Positions 36,401-47,579 of a stretch of 64,000 nt of DNA are shown here, piece by piece. A program made the translations under genes and the position numbers. The notes beneath the pieces are model-generated. The model had not been told where the DNA came from, made no database searches, and was given only the letters and a program-made list of their open reading frames with translations. This stretch comes from Cetorhinus maximus. Taxonomy: Eukaryota. Location of the stretch: the NCBI RefSeq assembly GCF_964194155.1, contig NC_135898.1:13206001-13270000 (forward strand), written 5' to 3'. Position 1 is the first letter of the stretch. Every line of letters starts with the position of its first letter.

Positions 36401-39400
36401 GACACTAGCCTTCCCAGCTAGGTTAAGGCACATCTCCAAACTGCACTGCGAAGAATCATGAGCTTTCCATCCCTGATCACAAAAGTGGCTGCTATCATGA
36501 ACTAGCTTGAGAGGTTATGGAGATAGCTCTTGATTGAAAGCTTCTTTTCTACGGGAAGTTGCAAAACAATCATTACCTCAAAGTTGCAGCTTTGAGTCTC
36601 TGATAAAGATTGTGTTCAGTTGTCCACAAATAATATTTAAATCACTGGATGACAAGGCTTCTAAATCTAATTCAGGAACTCTCAAAGCAACTTATGGCTC
36701 AATTTTAAGAAGCTAAATAACTATGGGCAATTTATTGAAAAAGAAAATTGATTTTCTTCCCTCCTCCCACATAAAGAAGTCAGGGGCAAGCAGACCACCA
36801 GCACCAGGTGAGATAAAACACTGGATGGTCCATAAAACTAAGTGGGAGCAGCACGGAGGGAATCCAAGAAAATGAACTAGAGTTTGAATCTACTACGCTC
36901 ATGGACACAGACCAGCACATGCTTGTGAATGATTTCTTTTGTGCTTTTCACACAGGTTGAATAGGACCGAGACCCATTTGCATCAGGTGTGAGAGGAGTC
37001 AAGTATTTTCTTAAAAGGTAAAAACAAAAAACTGCAGATGCTGGAAATCCAAAACAAAAACAGAAATACCTGGAAAAACTCAGCAGGTCTGGCAGCATAA
37101 AACCCCTTTCCTATTTTTACTTAGTTCTGTTGAAGGGTCATAAAGACTCGAAACGTCAACTTTGTTCTTCTCCGCCGATGCTGCCAGACCTGCTGAGTTT
37201 TTCCAGGTATTTCTGTTTTTATTTTCTTAAAAGGATTTGTTCCTCAGACCCTTACGTTTCGCCACATTCGCCTTATCTTTGAGATATGTGGTGCAGTTGT
37301 AGAGCCGGTTAACCTTCATCAAGTCCAGCTCACTCAGGCGGATGCGCTGGCCAATCACAGTATCCGTATCCAACAGTGGTCTCAGGGTTGGCTGTCCAGT
37401 CTTGGAAAATGCAGTCCTACAATTGGGAAAGAATTTTATCGCACATTAAGGCAGGAGTCGTGAAAAGAAAACTTGCGTTTACATAGCACCTTTAACATAA
37501 TAAAAAGGCTCTTCACAAGAGCACTGCCAAACAAACTTTGACAACGAGTCACATGAGAAGCTATTAGGACAGACGACCAAAGGCTTGGTCACAGCGGTAG
37601 ATTTTAAGGATTACTTTAGAAAGGAGGAAGGAGGTCGAGATTTAGGGAAAGAATTAAAGAGCTCAGAACCCAGGCAGCTCAATACATGTCCAGAAGTACT
37701 GCCGCGATGAAAATCAGGGATGCACAAGAGCCCAGAATTGGAGCAGTGCAGGTATCTCAGGAGGGTTGTACGGCTGGAGAAGGTTACAGATGTTGGGAGG
37801 GGACACGGTCAAAGAGAAATTTGAAAACAACGATTAAGAGTTTTTAAGAAATAAAGGTATTGCTGGACTGGGAACTAATGTTGGTCAGCGGACACGGGTG
37901 ACTGGTGATTGGGACTTGGTGCAGTGTAGGATACGGGCAACACAAGTTTTGGATGAGTTCAAGTTTAGAGGGTGGAAGGTTCTAGATGACATGCAGATAA
38001 GAGTTGCTGGGCTGCGACTCAATTCAGGGCTTCACAGCAGCTGTGAATATACTGTGAGCCCCAGGAATGTCCATCAGGCTTCTGTTCATTCCGTCTAGAA
38101 AGAGAGAAACAAGTGGCTGCAATACCAAATCCTCACCACACTCACCTGCTGTAGTGCAAGATGGAGCCATAATCATATTTGGTCTTGAGATTGTTGGTAT
38201 TTTGCTTCAAGAAGTTATGTTCATAACCTGAAACAGAAGCCAGGTAACTGTTGGCACATGTGAGAACAAAACAAAACTACATTTCTTGAAGATATTTTTG
38301 CTCATCACGATGTCTTGCTAAACTAATAAAACAACTCCATTACAAGCCATGGGGCACCTTCATAACAGTCAACAAGTTTGGTCCACTCTATTAGTGTGAA
38401 CTTCAATCATTCTTCCCTTGTAGCAGACCCACTGACAGTGAGTAAGCAATTTCATAGCAGGTTAGTTCTCGGTTTCAAATCCAACTCCGTCTCACACACC
38501 TTGGCTAAACATTAGACTGGCACATTGCTGCTTTTCCCCTTCTGTGGCTGCATTTCCAAACAGAGGCCTGTATGAAAATCTCACACTCACTGTCGCAGAA
38601 CCTCTTTGCTTTTACATGTGCCTCCTAGAGAAGACTGGAGGGATTGACCTGAAAGAGGTCTTCAAGATCATGAAAGGGTTTGATGGGGCAGACATAAGAT
38701 AAGACATTTCTGTTTGCAAGTAAAACCAGAACCGGAGGACATAAATATAAGATAGTCACAAATAAATCCAACAAAGAATACAGGAGAAACGTCTATATCC
38801 AGGGAGTGTTGTAGGTGAGACAAATATTGTAGATGCATTTAAGAGGAAACTAGATAAACAGGGGAAAATAGAAAAGAAGGATATGTTGGTGGGGTTAGAC
38901 AAAGAAGGGCAGGAGAAGGCACGCAAAGAGCATAAACAGTGGCATGGACCTGTTTGGCTGAATGGTCTGTTACTGCAATGTAAATACTTTTCAGGGTCCC
39001 AAGGCCCTGAAATTTCCTGAGCTTGGCTTAAAGTTCAGTCTGCAAGCAGGGGATTACCCAGACTTGTATTAGGGGGGGGCAAGGAAGGAAATGCTTTACC
39101 AGGCCACACATTCTTCCACTCAATTTTGATGTATTTGTCTCGGTCACTCCTCGCATGCTCATGCCAGAAACCTAGTGAGTGCATGACCTCATGTTCAACA
39201 ACTCCCTTCCCCTTCTTCAGGCACTGGTGATTCAGTGAGATGAGCTGCATCCCACCAACACGGCCCACGGATGAGTAACACCTGAGGGACACAGATAAAT
39301 GGCGATGAAATTCAGACACAAAACTGAAACACGACATAACATCCAGGGCCAAGCTGAAAAACTACAGCAATGTAGCATAAGCAAATGAGAAAGATCTGGA

Positions 39401-42400
39401 AACCAAATGGAGCAGTTACTCAGACATCCTCTCTGAAAGATGAACACCACACTGAACATATTTAAGTGCCACTCCAGCAGCTTGAACATATCTTCCAGGC
39501 TGACACTGCAGTCCTGAAGGAATGCTGAGCTGTTGGAGCGCCACCTTTCAAATCAGATATTAAACTGATGGTAAAAGCAAAATACTGCGGATGCTGGAAA
39601 TCTGAAACAAAAACAAAAATAGCTGGAAAAACTTAGCAGGTCTGACAGCATCTGTTTAACGTTTCCAGTCCGTATGACTCTTCATCAGAACTAAGGAAAT
39701 ATAGAAATGAGGTGAAATATAAGCTGGTGGGATCGTTAGGACTCTCTTTCTGGATGTAAACAATCCCACAGTATCATCTGAAGGAAAGCAGGGGAGCTTT
39801 GCTTGTGTCCCTCAGTCAGCATCAGAAACAGATTATATGGTAATTTATCTCATGAGGCCTTGCTGTGTGCAAACTGGCTGCTATGTTTCTGAAATTAGAA
39901 CAGTGACTCCACTTCAAAAAGTACTTTGGCAAAACACGGCAGATGTTGGAAATCTTAAATATAACAGAAAAGGTTGGAAATGCTCAGCAGTTCAGTACGG
40001 TGGAGAGAGAAAAACGAAGTCAGCATTTCAGGTCAGCAAAGTGGAAAGTGATACAGACGCAAAAGATTTTAAGCCAGGAAAAGGGTCAGGGAGGAGAAGA
40101 AAGAATAAAGAGGTCTGAGATTGAGAGCATGATAAAAGACAAAAGGAATGATGGGCAAGGCAAAAGGGGATGGTAATGGGACAAGTAAAAGGAACAAAAC
40201 AGATGAGTCTCAAGGAGTTGGAAATGGCAAGTGCAGAATCATTAGTCGTACCATTGTCCAAAAATTGGGAGCAGTGGTTATAATCTGAAATTGTTAATTT
40301 TGAGTCCAGAAGGCTACAAAGTGCCGAACTTGAAAGATGAGGTGCTGTTCCTCCATTCAACTTCATTGAAACAGTATTGGAGGCCAAGGAAAGGAGGTCA
40401 GAGCGAGAGTTGGATGGAGAATTTACTTGTTAGGTGATTGGGAGTTCAAGGTTACACAGACTGAACAAGTGGTGTTCAGCAAAATAATCACCCAATCTGT
40501 ATTTGGTATTCTCAGTGTAGAGGAGATCACATCATGGGCAAAGCCAGCATTTGCTTCCCATCCCTAATTTCCCTTGAAAAGGTAGTGGGGTGAACTATCT
40601 TCTTGAACAGCTGCAGTCCTTGTGGTGAATACAGTATTCTAATTTGGAAAAAGCACAAATACTTTGCTGTTTAACCTGGTAAGTGTTTGGAGCCCTTGAT
40701 GGGGAGATGCAACACCTGCCCTTTCGCACACTCCCTTCTCATTGTCTGGAATTCAAAACACTTCTTCCAGATGAAACAGCAATTTAATTTCACTTCTTTC
40801 AACTAAATCCCAGGAGGTGGGTCACTCATTTGAATATGTACATCAGATTTTCTCTCTCTTCCAGCTTTAACACCGGCTGGCTGGGTTTACTGAACCTCAG
40901 AAGATCCGGCAGCAAAAGAGAAGTGAGGACTGCTGTTTGGAAAAGGCAAGTGCTATTCTTGCTCTGCTGGAGACCAGGAGGAGCTTACCCTCCAGCTCCC
41001 CAAGCTAAGCCTGATTTGCACACCAACAATTGAACTTTTCCACTGATTGGACCCAAATCTCTCCCCGATCCTCCCTTCAACCCACACTATGCCCAACATC
41101 CCACGATCTCTATCCAAGCAGCAGCACCTGGGCTGCAGCCACTTCTGCAGTGCTCCCCACCAGACAGCTAGCCAAGCCCGTTCGGACACCAGAGCTTCTT
41201 CTGCCCACCCCTTCAACGCTCGGAAATACCACCTGAGTAAATATTAGGACCATTAACTCTGGTGGTCTCTCCAAAGAGGCTACCTGACTTGCTGAGTATT
41301 TCTAACTTTTTCTGTTTACACTTCGCAAATACTTCATTGTTTTTAAAGTGCTTTGGGACAAAAAAAGGTCATGAAAGGCATGATACAAATCCAAGACTTT
41401 CTTTTAGAGTAATTGTTACCACAAGGGAAGATTGCAGGCTTTTACTCTAGCAGCTACGTTCCTCATCTCACTGATGGCATGAAGAAGGAGACACTGAAAC
41501 AAAGTCTGGAAATGCCATGTTAGTTTTTTTTATTATTCATTTACGGGTGTAGGCTTTGCTGGCCAGACCAGCATTTATTGCCCATCCTTAATTGCCCTTG
41601 AGAAGGTGGTGGTGAGCTGCCTTCTTGAACTGCTGCCTTGAACCACTAGCATTGGCCACTCATTTGCGTCCCTGGGGAATATTAACAGTGGACTGGAAGC
41701 ATCACCCAACACAGCTACAATCAGCCGACCACAAAACAAAAAGAACACGGATCAAGACCGTCGCACCTCTGCCCCCACAAGTTGTACATACCCATGAATG
41801 GGCTGAATGGAAATGAAGTCCCCCTCATCACGGTGAGGTACAAACCGTACACACGTGAATTTCTCAAAGTCCTTGAAACCTCGGCTGATAGAGCTCCAAG
41901 TCTCCTCATCTGGAGGAAGAGAACTATTAGATATAGTTTATTAAATAAATTAAAAATCTGAACTCAAAAGGGAAAATAGAAATACACTGTATATCAATCA
42001 GCATCTAGAATTCTTAAAGTTGAAAAGACAAGTTAATATTCTGGGTAGATTTCCTACATGCACCTCTCCCTGGCAAAAGCTGACTAACCTCATCTGTATT
42101 TCTTGTCTTATGTTTTTAATGCTTTTTCCCATTTAAAAATGCAGGATGTTAAGAACATAAGAAATAGGAGTAGGAAGAGACCATGGGGCCCATCGAACCT
42201 GCTCCACCATTCAATACAATCGCAGCTGGTGTTAGTCCTCAACTGCACTTGACTGCCCCCTCCCCATTCCCTTGATTCCCTGAGAGACAAAAAATCTGAC
42301 TATCTCAGCCTTAAATATATTAAACGATGGGGCATCCAGAACCACCTGGGGCAGACAGCTCCAAAGATTGACAACACTTTGACTGAAGAGGTTTTCCCTG

Positions 42401-45400
42401 ACCTCAGTCCAAAATGTTCAACCTCATCCTGGGATTATGCCCCATGTTCTAGATTCTCCAACCAGGAGAAACAACCTCCCAATGTCTATACCCTGTCAAG
42501 TTTGTGTCTTTCAATGAGATCATCTCTCATTGTTCTGAACTCTAGTGAATATAGGCTCAATTTACTCAACCTCTGGTCATAGGAAAACCTTCCCACCCCA
42601 GGGACCAATCTAGTGAACTTTAGTTGGACTGGCTCCAATGCAAGCATATTCTTCCTTAAATATGGAGACCAAAATTACACACAGAATTACAGGTTCGGTC
42701 TCACCAAGTCCTGTACAATTACGGCATGACTTCTTTCTTCTTGTACTCAAATCCACTTGCAATAAAGGCCAACATGTTATTTGCCCTCCTAATTGCTTGC
42801 TATGCCAATTTGGTGTTCCTTGTATGAGTACACCCATAACCCTCTGAACATCGACACTTAGAATTTTCACACCTTTTAAAAAATATTGTGATTTCCTATT
42901 CTTCCAAACAAAGTGAAAAATATTTCACTTCCTTACATTATACTCCATCTGCCACTTTGTTACCCACTCACTTAACCTGTCCATATCTCTTTCCAGCATC
43001 TTTGTGCCCTCCTCACAGGTTGCATTCCCACCTAGCTTTGCATCATCAGCAAACTTAGGGACATTACTCTTGGTCTCTTCATCTAAGTAATTCAGATATA
43101 TTGGAAATAACTGAGGCCCCAGCACTGATCCTTGCGACACACCACTAGTTACAGCCCGCCAACTAGAAAATGCCCTGTTCATCCCTACTCTGTTTCCTAT
43201 CCAATAAACCAATTTTCTATGTATGCCAATATATTCCCCCCCAACTCCATGAGTCCTTAAGATAAGGTGCCACAGCAAAAGTTAACGCCTTCTGAAAATT
43301 CAAGTTTCCTACATCATCTGGTTCCCCTTCATTTAGCCTACTCATTACTAGTTCAAAAAAATCCTAATGAATTTGTCAAACATGGTTTCACTTTTGTAAA
43401 ACCATGTTGACTTTGACAGTACCACTCATTTCTAAGTACATTGTTAAGACTTCCTTAATAATGGATTTGCACACTTTGTCAACAACAGATGTCAGGGTCA
43501 CTGGCCTATAGTTCGCTAAGTTCTCTCTCCCTCCTGTATTAATCTGGCTGTTACTGCATAAACCAACAAGTCCTGTCTATAGAACACATTCATACTTGCT
43601 GAACTGAAATACATGCTCATCGTCGGGGTAGCGGTGTATATATTGTGATGCACAAAGATCGGCTGGAGGGTGGAGAAGGTTCTTTGCAGGTCATCATTTT
43701 TGCTATGTTTCATTCACAAATCAGAAGTCTTCTCACAGACCTGTGCTCAGTCAACTCATCTCAGTCAGGTTTCCCATTCCAAACCGTTGTCCCACATTGG
43801 AAAGAGCAAGCGTGTGGAGACAGATTTTGAGGCTTAACCGTGACAGTCCATGTAGCCCACAAAAATTCCTTGTTGAGGTTTCCTCCAAAAAGTTTAAGTT
43901 GATACTGTTAAGCCACATGAATCAGAGCAATCACAGGTACCATGTCTACTCTGTGTTTAGTTAGCCAATCCAAACCAGGGCTGTCGGCAGGATGTTGCAA
44001 TAGGTCTGAGTTCCAGGGTTAGGAGGGGAATAAAATCAAGAAAAATGTTTACTTCCAATTGTACATGACCCTTTGTTGGAAAGTTTGGATGTTGCAAGAG
44101 AACAGACGTCATGCTCAGCTGTGGTCCCTCCAACAATTGCATATTCTTAGCAGCAACTCTTCAGGCTCAGGATATAAATAGGCTAAATACTTTTCTCCAT
44201 CCTCCAAATATTGTCCCTCGAAAGAACAGGATTCAGAGCAAATGAAGCAGATGCAAAACTAGCTCCAGCAGAGGCTGAAAGACCCATCTCCCATCTGGCT
44301 CTGTCTGTGGTCTTATGAATGAATGACCACTTGATTAAGCTACTGGAGGGGAACACACACCTGAGGAACTGCATAGGTCAGCACCTTGGAAAGAGAGTGA
44401 CAAAAATAGAGAGCTGGTATTTAATCAGCAATAGCAGAACTTAATAAGGTAACAGTCACTAGTGGTCCCACATGACACTCCCATCATCATTCGGCCACTG
44501 AGGTAAGGTGCTGGACGTCGGGGCGGGTGGGGGGGCGTTGGTGGGAAATTATTTTGTTTTGTCCTAGTCCATCTCAGAGTATCCATAGAGGTTGTGTGGC
44601 CAGGGGACATGGAAGACCAGCTGCAAGATGGATCATCAGTGTCTAACCTCCCATAAGAGCAATTCAGACTGCCACGCCTGAGTGGAATCAGAGTCACAAC
44701 CCCCACCAGTTGTTATGTGTCATTGAACATGAAGGTTAACTATTTCTAATTCCGAGTTCTCACTCAGCGCTTACCGTACTGCTGCGATATTTCATATGGA
44801 ATTCTCACCATCCCATCTGGCGATTTCTGCCATGTCTTGGTTTCAGACACTACAGCATTCTTCCACAGCTGATTGGAGGGGAAAAATGAGACAGCAAGTT
44901 GCACCCAATACACAGCATGCATTGAAAATGAAACAGAGGTTTGTTTTTAAATTAAAATATCTATCTCCTTGCTTGGAAAAATATCCCAGTATCCAATTGC
45001 CTTAGGGTCACGAAAGAATCATCACAAGTGCCACCAACAATATGGGGTGGACAAATCAACCTAACAGATACAAAATTAAGCATAAAATTCTACCAAAAAT
45101 AAATCAACCAATTCAACATGTTAATGACTATTGTCTGCTGGACACAGTATCCTACAGAGCCCAATAGTCATGGAAGGCACAAGAGTATGAGTGAATATTT
45201 TACGCTCCCTTTTCAGTGCCACTCTGACATGTACATGACTGCAGAGTAAAGGCCAGGCAGCTAGAGGTAGCCCCCACAGCTCCCCCACACTCTGCACCCC
45301 TCCAACCACTCCCCCAACAATAAGACCCCACCAGTCTGGCTCCTGTTTTAGTAGGTCCAGGAGCAGATTTATGAGAAGCCGTGAAAAGATCTTACCCAAT

Positions 45401-46189
45401 CCTCCCCCCCGAGCCGTCCAACCCCCTAAATCCTAACTGGTTGCTCAAGGATTAGCAGAGTGGGGCTGAAGTGGGACTGAAAGTTGAGGGACTGCTCACC
45501 TAAACTTGAGCAACTTACCCACAGGGAGAAGAAAGAAATATATCACCATCAACAACCCCCACTTCCTAAGCTAAAAGGGGCAATGGAGCATCACACATAC
45601 ATCTAGAAAAAGACAAGGTAAACATGAAAGGGAACTTACAGGTTTGATGATGTCCCCTTCGATGAGGAAACTCCTCCAGGGCTTTTCATATCGAAAGATA
45701 CCTGTGCCAGGAGAGCAAAAGGTGGCAGTTTTATCCGGTAGCCCAGTCAGGATGATGTATTGAGCAGCCAGTATGCAGAAGACAATAAACCAGCACAAAG
45801 CAATTTGCAACACAGCAACACAATTAAACACTTGTAGCAAGGGGTTGATTTTAAATTGAATAAAAAGTATGCAAGGGGAACAGGTAACTTTCTGAAGAAC
45901 AATTCCATTGTTGTGGGGGACGGGGGTGGGAACCTCGAGATTTCATCCAGTCAAGAAAGTCAATTTCCAGATGTAGGGAAGGATTCATATTTAGTCCTAC
46001 AGCAGCTGCCAGGCAGTGGCTGGAGAATAGTTTACCCCCACTGATAGTAAAATAAACAGAGATGCTAATTCAGGAACATACGCTGGTTAATCCTGACAAT
46101 TGCATCCTCAGCTTTCAGGGTAGTCTTGGTTTGAACGGTATCCAGACGAAAGCTGCTGCCTTGCTTCTTAACCTCGCTCAGTCTGACTG
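23163..46189 (-). CDS. Ovastacin (ASTL)-like astacin-family zinc metalloprotease with mucin-like PTS stalk and C-terminal MAM domain; 5' signal-peptide exon not identified
   Basis: Exons in transcription order: 46082-46189, 45640-45701, 44775-44868, 41792-41909, 39100-39281, 38146-38227, 37256-37416, 31730-35239, 30298-30423, 29653-29783, 23163-23318 (stop TAG). All are GT-AG and phase-compatible. Prodomain [19 protein letters not shown]; zinc motif [19 protein letters not shown]; YDYGSILHY; [10 protein letters not shown]; four astacin Cys; MAM motifs [47 protein letters not shown]. Confidence 0.9.
23721..23756 (-). ncRNA. Minimal type I hammerhead ribozyme motif (Penelope pLTR, family A)
   Basis: Minus strand: CCGTC-CTGATGA-GT gcaag AT-GAAA-AGCT-TC-GACAG. 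CUGAnGA/GAAA core intact; palindromic stem III AAGCTT; stem I GTC/GAC. Confidence 0.7.
25794..26692 (+). mobile_element. CR1 LINE 3' fragment nested in the Penelope pseudo-LTR
   Basis: KFADDTK at ~25805; [11 protein letters not shown]...[12 protein letters not shown]...[12 protein letters not shown] (ORF 25983-26369). Confidence 0.9.
26785..26820 (+). ncRNA. Degenerate second copy of the family A hammerhead motif
   Basis: CTGTC-CTGATGA-GT gcaag AC-GAAT-AGCTTC-AGCAG; GAAA is changed to GAAT and the 3' arm of stem I is altered. Confidence 0.55.
27320..28190 (+). mobile_element. LINE 3' fragment (CR1/L2-like group, family unresolved)
   Basis: [16 protein letters not shown]; [38 protein letters not shown]. 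Tail caccatcaccttctcaagggcaa...gggcaataatgctggcc. Related pieces at ~6910-7150, 18750-19025, 41530-41640, 50540-50740, 57650-57880 and 62110-62600. Confidence 0.8.
28570..28847 (-). mobile_element. CR1 3' fragment (same family as 26370-26640)
   Basis: [25 protein letters not shown]...EMRRNFF. Confidence 0.85.
30770..31130 (+). mobile_element. tRNA-derived SINE
   Basis: Box A-like ggtagcagagtggc, box B gagttcaaatccc, A-rich tail. Related copies at ~7340-7660 (-), 49030-49560, 49690-49960 and 56890-57160 (-). Confidence 0.6.
31136..31553 (+). mobile_element. Non-autonomous Penelope-derived element with terminal inverted repeats and a family B hammerhead motif at 31456-31494
   Basis: The 5' arm ...actcagcaggtctgccagcatctgtggcgagagaagcagagttaacatttcaag is inverted against the 3' arm cttgaaacgttaactctgcttctctctccacagatgc...tgctgagt. 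Motif: AGTT-CTGAAGA-G-GGGTC agacg GACTT-GAAA-CG-TT-AACT. Confidence 0.7.
31730..35239 (-). CDS. Giant 3510-bp phase 1-1 exon: Pro/Thr/Ser mucin-like region plus start of MAM domain
   Basis: Lies within the 1215-aa ORF 31605-35252. Donor GGAG|gtgaga at 31730/31729. Acceptor taken as the first AG after the pyrimidine tract, gaag|AT at 35240/35239 (less certain). Ends [22 protein letters not shown]...[15 protein letters not shown]. Confidence 0.85.
32041..33690. repeat. 30-bp coding minisatellite, ~55 near-perfect copies (degenerate copies continue to ~34130)
   Basis: Unit ggcagggtgaccgcagggggcgtggacccc (+), encoding [10 protein letters not shown] on the minus strand. Confidence 0.98.
37019..37219 (+). 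mobile_element. ~200-bp hairpin-like insertion with 43-bp perfect inverted repeats, hammerhead-like core and 15-bp TSD
   Basis: TSD tattttcttaaaagg at 37004-37018 and 37220-37234. Inverted repeats 37056-37098 and 37178-37220. Motif AGTT-CTGTTGA-A-GGGTC ataaa GACTC-GAAA-CG-TC-AACT at 37123-37161. Confidence 0.85.
37256..44868 (-). CDS. Astacin catalytic-domain exons of the ASTL-like gene
   Basis: [31 protein letters not shown] / [40 protein letters not shown] / [61 protein letters not shown] / [27 protein letters not shown] / [41 protein letters not shown]. Contains the astacin signature HExxHxxGxxHExxRxDRD. Confidence 0.93.
39570..39730 (-). mobile_element. Family B terminal fragment with hammerhead core (39655-39692), nested in a DeuSINE (~39490-39930)
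   Basis: Minus strand: AGTT-CTGATGA-A-GAGTC atacg GACTG-GAAA-CGTT. Flanking text gctggaaaaacttagcaggtctgacagcatc. Confidence 0.65.
39930..40535 (-). mobile_element. Penelope-like element 3' fragment (GIY-YIG end plus 3' UTR)
   Basis: Decayed [16 protein letters not shown] (cf. YIGETxRxLxxRxxEH) at ~40470-40520 and EEQHLIF at ~40335-40355. Ends in the same terminal family as the hammerhead-bearing fragments. Confidence 0.65.
42150..43515 (-). mobile_element. CR1 LINE RT/3' fragment
   Basis: [24 protein letters not shown]...[10 protein letters not shown]...WQMEYNV (ORF 42925-43278); tail complementary to taagaacataagaaatagg. Confidence 0.88.
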
Positions 46190-47214
46190 CTGCAGTATTA
46201 ACAGAGACAGTTGTTAGAACAGGGAGATTAGAATATCTCGCGAACAAAGACAAAGTGGGAAACAGCCACTACCTCTCAGTACAAGAGCCAAGGTGAGAAA
46301 CACGGGTTGCCACATTCTGCCACTCATGACTGAGGAGAAACTTCAAAAGCGTCAATGGCTCCTAGAAACATCGGGAGGGGATAAAGAATTATTAACAAGG
46401 AAAGCAATGTTGGTGTTCTGCAACATGTCTGACAGGATGGATCAATCTGACAAATGCAGTTAGCAATTTGATCAAAGCCATTCTCATCTGTCAACCAAGA
46501 ACTGAAGTTTAACCCTTTCAGAGCTCGATTTATTCAGGATGGCTGGGAACTCCAGTACCTTTACTGAGTCGCGTGCAAAAAAAAAAAATAACTGTTTGAA
46601 ATACGTTCCCCCTCCCCATATGGACTTGTAGATGAATAAATTACACACAATCAATCTTGCTCCTTGCGGGCCCAGCACCTGCACGCCCACTCTGTGAAAC
46701 TTTACCCCCTCAGTTCAAAACCCACGGGAATCTGGGCAGAAGTGTGTGCAAAGTGCACACAGCCGGCCGACAGCGCTGAATTGCAGAGAGCAAGATTGAA
46801 CCTACATTTGAGAAGAGGCGGAGACGAAAGAGCAAGAATCCTAATCTAAAATATGTGCTGAATGCGCTATGTTTTGTTAAGTGATTGTGTTGTATCTCTG
46901 TGTTGACCCAATATATTGAAAGCATTTAAAAAATGAGAATGCGCTTTACATTGGCATTGAAAAGTACAAACAATAACAAAGCTGTTTGTTGGCAGCAGGA
47001 AGGAGTTGGCACCCAATATCTTTCAGAACTGCAGAAATGAGCTACGAAATTCTTAAATATTAAACAATGGCACCCTTCAGCCAAGGTAAAAATTCCCTAA
47101 ACTTTATCTGAGGGCTTACAAGTTCAAATCCCACCCAAATGAGTGTGAATGGAACGAAAGTCTGTTGATTTTAAGAATCCAAAAGGATTGAATCATCCAA
47201 ACTCGCCGACCTAT

Positions 47215-47570
47215 ACTGACTCCTTGCAAGGCCTCAGCTCTAAAATTCTCATTCTTATTGTTTTCAATTTCCTCCTGCCCCTATCTCTGGAACCACATCC
47301 AGCCCTGCCACCCTACAAGACCTCCGCGCTCTTCTAATTCTGCCTCTCTCTCAGTCCCGTTTGTAATCGCTCCCCCCGTTGGCAGCTGTGTCCTCAGCTG
47401 CCCAGACTCTTCAGCTTTGGAATTCTCTCCCTAAACCTCTGCCTCCTCCTTGAAGGTGATTCCCTAAAACCTGCTCCTTCGACCAAACTTTTAATCATTT
47501 GTCCGAATATCTCAGGTAAAGCACCTTGGGGGGCGTTTTACCGTGGAAAAGGTGTATAAATAAAAGTTCT
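47215..47570 (+). mobile_element. L2 LINE 3' end
   Basis: tggaattctctccctaaacctct...aaaacctgctccttcgaccaaac...gtaaagcaccttggg...aaaggtgtataaataaa. Confidence 0.6.
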
Positions 47571-47579
47571 TCTTGTGTT

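Noticed and set aside
23163-46189. Calling the gene meprin A (MEP1A/MEP1B)
   Set aside because: No TRAF, EGF or TM domains; the MAM domain is separated from the protease by ~1100 aa; the pro and catalytic sequence looks closer to ovastacin.
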